64,000 bases of DNA from the human T2T-CHM13v2.0 reference genome, Homo sapiens. Numbering within the stretch: position 1 is the stretch's first letter; each line of letters begins with the position of its first letter. The stretch lies in assembly GCF_009914755.1 (NCBI RefSeq), contig NC_060948.1; one strand, given 5' to 3'. Both the position numbers and the translations under genes were made by a program. Shown here in pieces: positions 58,744 through 64,000 of the stretch. The notes under the pieces are model-generated. The model ran no database searches and was not told the origin of the DNA. It saw nothing but the letters and a program-made list of their open reading frames with translations.

Positions 58744-60751
58744 ACCTGGCATTATGTTTTCATGGAAGACTTATGTTCTATAAAGTTGTGATTTTAAAAA
58801 TGTATTAATCTTAACTAAGAAGTGTTTAATTATACATATACAAATGTAGAAGTTAGTACAAATTAAAGAATAAACTGTCTATGATGACATTCATCCCAGT
58901 ACTTACTTGCCTTTATATTGTATTCCATTATGACTCTGCTACATTTCTTTTCCTATTTCCTTCTGTTACCTGCCAAATCAGACTTATCTTAATGTGTTTG
59001 TAATGAAAACAAGATTTAAAAGTAAGTACCCTTAAATATACCCCATTCTTTCTCAAGTTAATTGCAGTAAATAATTCCAATAAACTGGAGTTCTCAGTTA
59101 ATCATAGTTAATTAGGTCTGGATGAAATCAGACGTACAATTCAATGAAAGTAATGCACAGCATTCTCACGGACATGGCCAGCATAAAGCGCTTATGAAGA
59201 GACATCTTAATACAATAGTTCTTTTAAATAAACATGAATCTTGGAATAAAAACATTGACAATTTAATGGCACATACTATATTCAAAGATTAATTGGCTCA
59301 TCTCTCTTAAATGAAAATCAAGTAAGAACCATTTTCTAGGCTAGAATCATTACACATGTAACCACAGTTGTCCTTGGTGACCTTCTTTTGAGAGTAACTA
59401 CTGAAGCTTTTACATCTTTGTTATATGTGTATGTTCTAACATAAGATCCTCCTTTTCTTCTAGTGAAAGAATTTCCAGGTTTATGAAAGGTATTATTGGA
59501 AAATAAGGGTCAATTTCCAAAACCCAACTTTCAATCAGTAGCACAGCAATCCTAAAAATTGAGCTTTGAACTACATAAGCTTGGAAACACAGCCCTTCAC
59601 AGCAGAAGGGTTTCAGCCCTCTGAAATGGCTAGTTCGGATATCTGGGGTTGCCTTGGGCTTTTTTTGACCTTTGTACACATCCAAACTTACTTAATAATT
59701 CCTAGAACCCTAATGCAAAAACTGTTCTGGAAGGTCTGCTGTGGGCAACAGCTGTTTAACATTGCTCTCTATGCTCCTGGCACACAGCACAGAGCCCAGA
59801 TCCTGTCGGCAGCGCTATTTCACTTAACTACCAGAGTTGCTTCCATGCACATGCCTGCAAAGAGGGGCTGGCCTGAGCCTGCAGTGAGGAGTGAGGCCAA
59901 ACCACACCACCATGGACTGGAAGAGTCTTACCTGCTCAAAGCTTCCTAGTGTCACAAGAAGGCATTATTAGATTTGCGGGAAGACAGGAGAAGCCCATGA
60001 AAAACAACAGATTTTGGTTAATGAGGAGGCACTGGGTTAAGTTATAAAGATCCTGTACATGTGTGAAGGTAAATGAGAATGACTTCAAATAAGAATGAGC
60101 AGAAGCTGTTCATTTAGAGCTTGCACAGCAAGAGAGTTGGACATTGGCACATGCCTCTGGCTGAAGTTCAAATGCAGATGGGGGAGCAGGAAAGCTTTAC
60201 AATGGGAAAAGACAGGCCTAAGGTGGGCCCTGACTGGAGGCTGTTGTTGTGGGGACTGGGGGTGACTAACTAGAAGTGAGTCATCCCATGGGATTGGCTG
60301 GGGAAACATTTTTGTTCTCTGGCTGGTGGTGGAAAGTCTTCAGGCATGCCTGAGACAATCAAGTCCCTTAAAAGAGAGATAGTCATTGAGCTGACCAAGG
60401 ACCCTGTGGCTTCCAGCTAGACACATGGGATGAGTATAGCAGCCCTTCCTACTCTGGCCTACCTCCTGGCTTCCTCGCAGCCACCTTGGCCATCCAAAAG
60501 CAAACCCATAGCATGTTCCCAGTTGAACACTGAGCCAGGCTCTTGTCTCTAGGTCCTGGGCCCTGGGCCCCCTGCCATGCTCAGCCACATTCACAATTCC
60601 ACATTCCACAAGCATTCCTGCATCCCTTAACACATGCCCTTGCCTAGCCTTTGGTAATAACCAATCAGAATGAACTAATCTCCATGCCACATCTACATCA
60701 AAAAGACCCTGCATCAGGTCAATGTTTATGAGGAGAAACTGCAATGGGCAG

Positions 60752-62833
60752 TAATAGAGTTTGTATACTTACTGCCTCCTAAATCTCATGCTGAATTTTA
60801 GCCCCCAGTGTTGGAGTCAAGACTTGGTGGGTGCTATCTTGATCATGGGGGCATATCCTCCATGAATGGCTTGGGCCAGTCCCACCTTGGTGATGAGTGA
60901 GCTCTCGCTCTGAGTTCACACAAGATCTGGTGGTTTTAGTGTGTGGCACCTCCCTCACAATTATCTCTTGCTCATGCTTTCACCATGTTACAAGCCTGCT
61001 CCCACTTAGTTTTCCACCATGATTGTAAGCCTCCTGAGGACTCCCCCAAAGCAGCTGCTTCTATGCTTCCTGTAAAACCTGCAGAAATGTGAGCCTATTA
61101 AACTGCTGCTTTTATAAATTATCTAGACTCAGACTTTTCTTTAAATAAATGCAAGCACAGCCTAATATAGGAAATTTGTAGCAGAAGTGGTGTGTTCCTA
61201 CAAGGATGTCAGAACAGAGAAGGATGAAAATTTGCAGTGTCTTAGGGAATGGTTGTGATCAAAATGCTGATAGTGATATGGTTGGTGAAGTCCAGGCTAA
61301 CAAGGTCTCAGATGGAAATGAGAAACTGCAAACTGGAGGAAAGGTCACACATGTTATTTCTTAGCAAAGAAATTGGCTGCATTCTCTTCATGTCCTACGG
61401 TTCTGTGGAAGTTTGAACTTCAGGGTAATCATTTAGGCTGTCTAGCAGAGGAAATTTCTAAGCAGCAAAGCATGCCTGATGTAACCTGGCTGCTTCTAAT
61501 AGCCTCTACTCAGATGTGGAAACAAATAAATGACAAAATTGGAAGTTATATTTAAAGGGGAGACAGCATAAAAGTTTGGGAAATATGTGCTTGTCCATGT
61601 GGCAAACAAAAAGCTTTTTCAGGAAAGGAACTCAAGCAGGCTGTGAAACAACCACTTGCCAGAGACATTTGCATACCTAAAAAAGAGGCAAATGCTGATA
61701 CAAAGACGGTGGGGGAAAAGGCCTCAATGGTATTTCAGAAGTCTCCAAGGCAGCATCTCCCATCACAGGCCTAGGGTCCTAGAAAGGAAGAGTGGTTTCC
61801 TGAGACAGGCCCAGGGCCCAGCTGCCTCAGGACACTGCTACCCACATCCCAGCTGTTCCAGCTTCAGCCAGGGCTCAAAGGGAGCTCACCCTGGTGCTCT
61901 GAACAGCAAAAACCACATGGCTCGTTGGCTTCCACAGGATGCTAAGTCTGCAGGCACACAAACTGCAAGAGTGAATAAGGCTTGGTCCTCTCTGCCTAGA
62001 TTTCAAAGGTTGTATAGAAAAATCTGAATGTCAAGGCAGAAGCCTCCTGTAGGGGCAGAGCTCTCACTGAGAACCTATACTACAGCAATATGGAGGGGAA
62101 ATGTGGGATTGGAGGCCTCATAATGTCCTCACTGCGGCACTGCCTAGTGGAGCTGTAGGAAGACGGCCACGATCCTCCAGACCCAAGAATGGTAGATCCA
62201 TCAATATCTTGCTCCCTGTAAAAGCTGTAGACACTCAACTCCAGCCAGTGACCAGCAGCCTTGAGGGCTGCATGCTGCAAAGCCAAAGGGGTGGAGTTGC
62301 CCAAGGCCTTAGGATCCCACTTCTTGGACAAGTGTTGTCTGAATATGGGACATGGAATCAAAGGACATTATTTTGTAGCTTTCAAATTTAATGACTGTCC
62401 TGTTAGGTGTCAGATTGTGTGGGGCCTGCAGCCAATATCTGTTGGCTGATTTCTCCCTTATGGAACGGGAATATTTACCCAATGCTTATTCCTCCATTGT
62501 ATCCTAGAAGTAAATAACTTGTTTTTGATTGTGCACGCTCACAGGTAGAAAGGACTTGCCTTGCCTCAGATGGGAGTTTGCACTTTTGAGTTAATATTGG
62601 AATGAGTTAAGATTTGTGGGGGTTATTGGGAAGGCGTGATTGTATTTTGCAAAGTGAGAAGGACAGAAGATTCAGGAAGGGCCAGGGACAGGATGATATA
62701 GTTTGTGCATTTGCTCCCATCCAAACCTCATGTTGAATTGTAATCTTCAGTGCCGGAGGTGAAGCCTGGTGGTGGGCGTATGGATCATGGTGGCAAATCC
62801 CTCATGAATGGTTTGGGACATCCCCTTAGTGGT
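60752..62833 (+). mobile_element. MST (MSTB-like) MaLR provirus: 5' LTR 60752-61169, internal 61170-62693, partial 3' LTR 62694-62833
   Basis: Two homologous LTR starts (aaatctcatg.tgaatt..ggatcatggg..catgaatgg.ttggg) around typical MaLR-int sequence (gaggaaatttctaagcagcaaagcat, tcctccagacccaagaatggtagatcca). Confidence 0.85.
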
Positions 62834-63253
62834 TGTTGGGAGAAAAGCTGAGTGTTGGGAGACAAGCCATGGCTGGGCTTGGAACATGTCTGGGGTCCAG
62901 GGTTCTAAAACTCTAGTGGCCTTTGGAATGTGTCCAGACTAGCTGGATCCTTGTTTCCAGCACTCCCATTATCTCAAGAAGCCATCTGTTTCAAAGAAAA
63001 TGCTAAACCGTCACAGCTGTAGTTCGTTCACTTGACACATCACTTCCTTTCAACTCCCACATTCTCACCAACTGTTTCTTTGTTTGATCACCAATAAATA
63101 GTGTGGAATCCCAGAGCTCAGGGTCTTCGCATCCTCCATACTAGCTTTGGCTCCCTGGTCCAACTTTCTGTCTTGTCTTTTCTCATTCCTTTGACTCCAC
63201 TGGACTTTGTCGCCCCCATGGCCTGGTGTTGGGTCCAATCTCCCGAACATTCC

Positions 63254-63271
63254 TGGCACCCAACTTGGGGT
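63254..63271 (+). other. Primer binding site (tRNA-Lys-like)
   Basis: tggcacccaacttggggt versus canonical TGGCGCCCAACGTGGGGC. Confidence 0.8.
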
Positions 63272-63397
63272 GATGAAGACCCTGGTGAAGGAACGCTAGA
63301 GTGTGTAAAAGCAGAGGGCACATCATTAGAGGACACCTGAGGACGACTGAAAGAAGTTCAGCATGTAAGCTGGGTGCTTGGAAGAACCAGGGTAACA

Positions 63398-64000
63398 ATG
63401 TGACAAGGTGAAAGCAAACATTCTGCTTATTTGAATTTCTTAAGGCATTTATTATGAAGAGGGGGAGTGAAATTTAGTACTCAGAATTTATCGCTCTTTA
63501 GTACAGAAAAACAGTTTTGCTCATGGTTTCTGGAACAAGAGACTGTGGAGTTAGATGAATAGGAGAGAACTGGAAGATATTTTAAAAAGGCGTATAAAGA
63601 TGGAGCAAAAATTCCAGTTGCCATTTGGCCAATATGAGCGCTAATAAAGTCAGCTCTTGAGCAATTTCAAACAGATGATGAGGCAGATTCAGATGGGGAA
63701 GAGGAAAACAAGTGTAAAAAAACTAACCTCAGATTCTGAGTATAAGGAACAGCTATCAGAGGAGATTAAAGAAAACAAAGGAAAACTAAAAAAGGTATGT
63801 TTTACTAGCCCATCTGCTCCACCTGCTGAATTAAGTGAATGGCCACTTCCTCTCTCTCCCCTTAATGGGAGAGAAAATGAATTAGCTGAAAAACTTACTG
63901 CTCCTGTAGTTGCAACATTAACACCTGCAGCAATTGGTGGTGCTATAAAAACTCTATTCAAAAAGCTAGAGCTGAGGGAGACCTTGAAGCATGGCATTTT
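63398..64000 (+). pseudogene. gag: HERV-K-type gag remnant (matrix and downstream)
   Basis: M*QGESKHSAYLNFLRHLL*RGGVKFSTQNL..QFCSWFLEQETVELDE*ERTG, similar to HML-2 matrix; PSAP late domain at 63810-63821; several stops. Confidence 0.85.

Larger units (their letters stand above)
62834..64000 (+). mobile_element. HERV-K-class provirus 5' part (HML-1/HERV-K14-like), continues beyond the window
   Basis: LTR TGTTGGG...AACA 62834-63249 with AATAAA, tRNA-Lys PBS, leader, betaretroviral gag. Confidence 0.85.

Noticed and set aside
61656-62449. ORFs in the MST internal region
   Set aside because: Broken remnants of the MaLR internal sequence, not a coding gene

Overview
Primate (very probably human) repeat-dense DNA with no intact protein-coding gene. 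The only host-gene signal is two exons, on the minus strand, of an intron-containing, disabled copy of PUDP/HDHD1 (HAD-family pseudouridine-5'-phosphatase), at 44146-44359 and 11188-11410. Both keep canonical splice sites but carry frameshifts. This fits the Y-linked unprocessed pseudogene PUDPP1/HDHD1P1, which is an inference and not proven from the sequence. The rest is mostly transposable elements: two long L1PA-type LINE-1s (one with a nested younger L1 3' end), old L1M fragments, many Alus including a near-perfect AluYa5, a two-LTR HERV9/LTR12 provirus lacking integrase and most of env, MaLR LTRs, an MST provirus interrupted by a HERV-K (HML-1-like) provirus that runs off the window end, and a MER5A split by an LTR. 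There are also several unexplained diverged tandem repeats. I found no convincing novel biological system. Subfamily names come from remembered consensus sequences and should be confirmed with RepeatMasker/Dfam.
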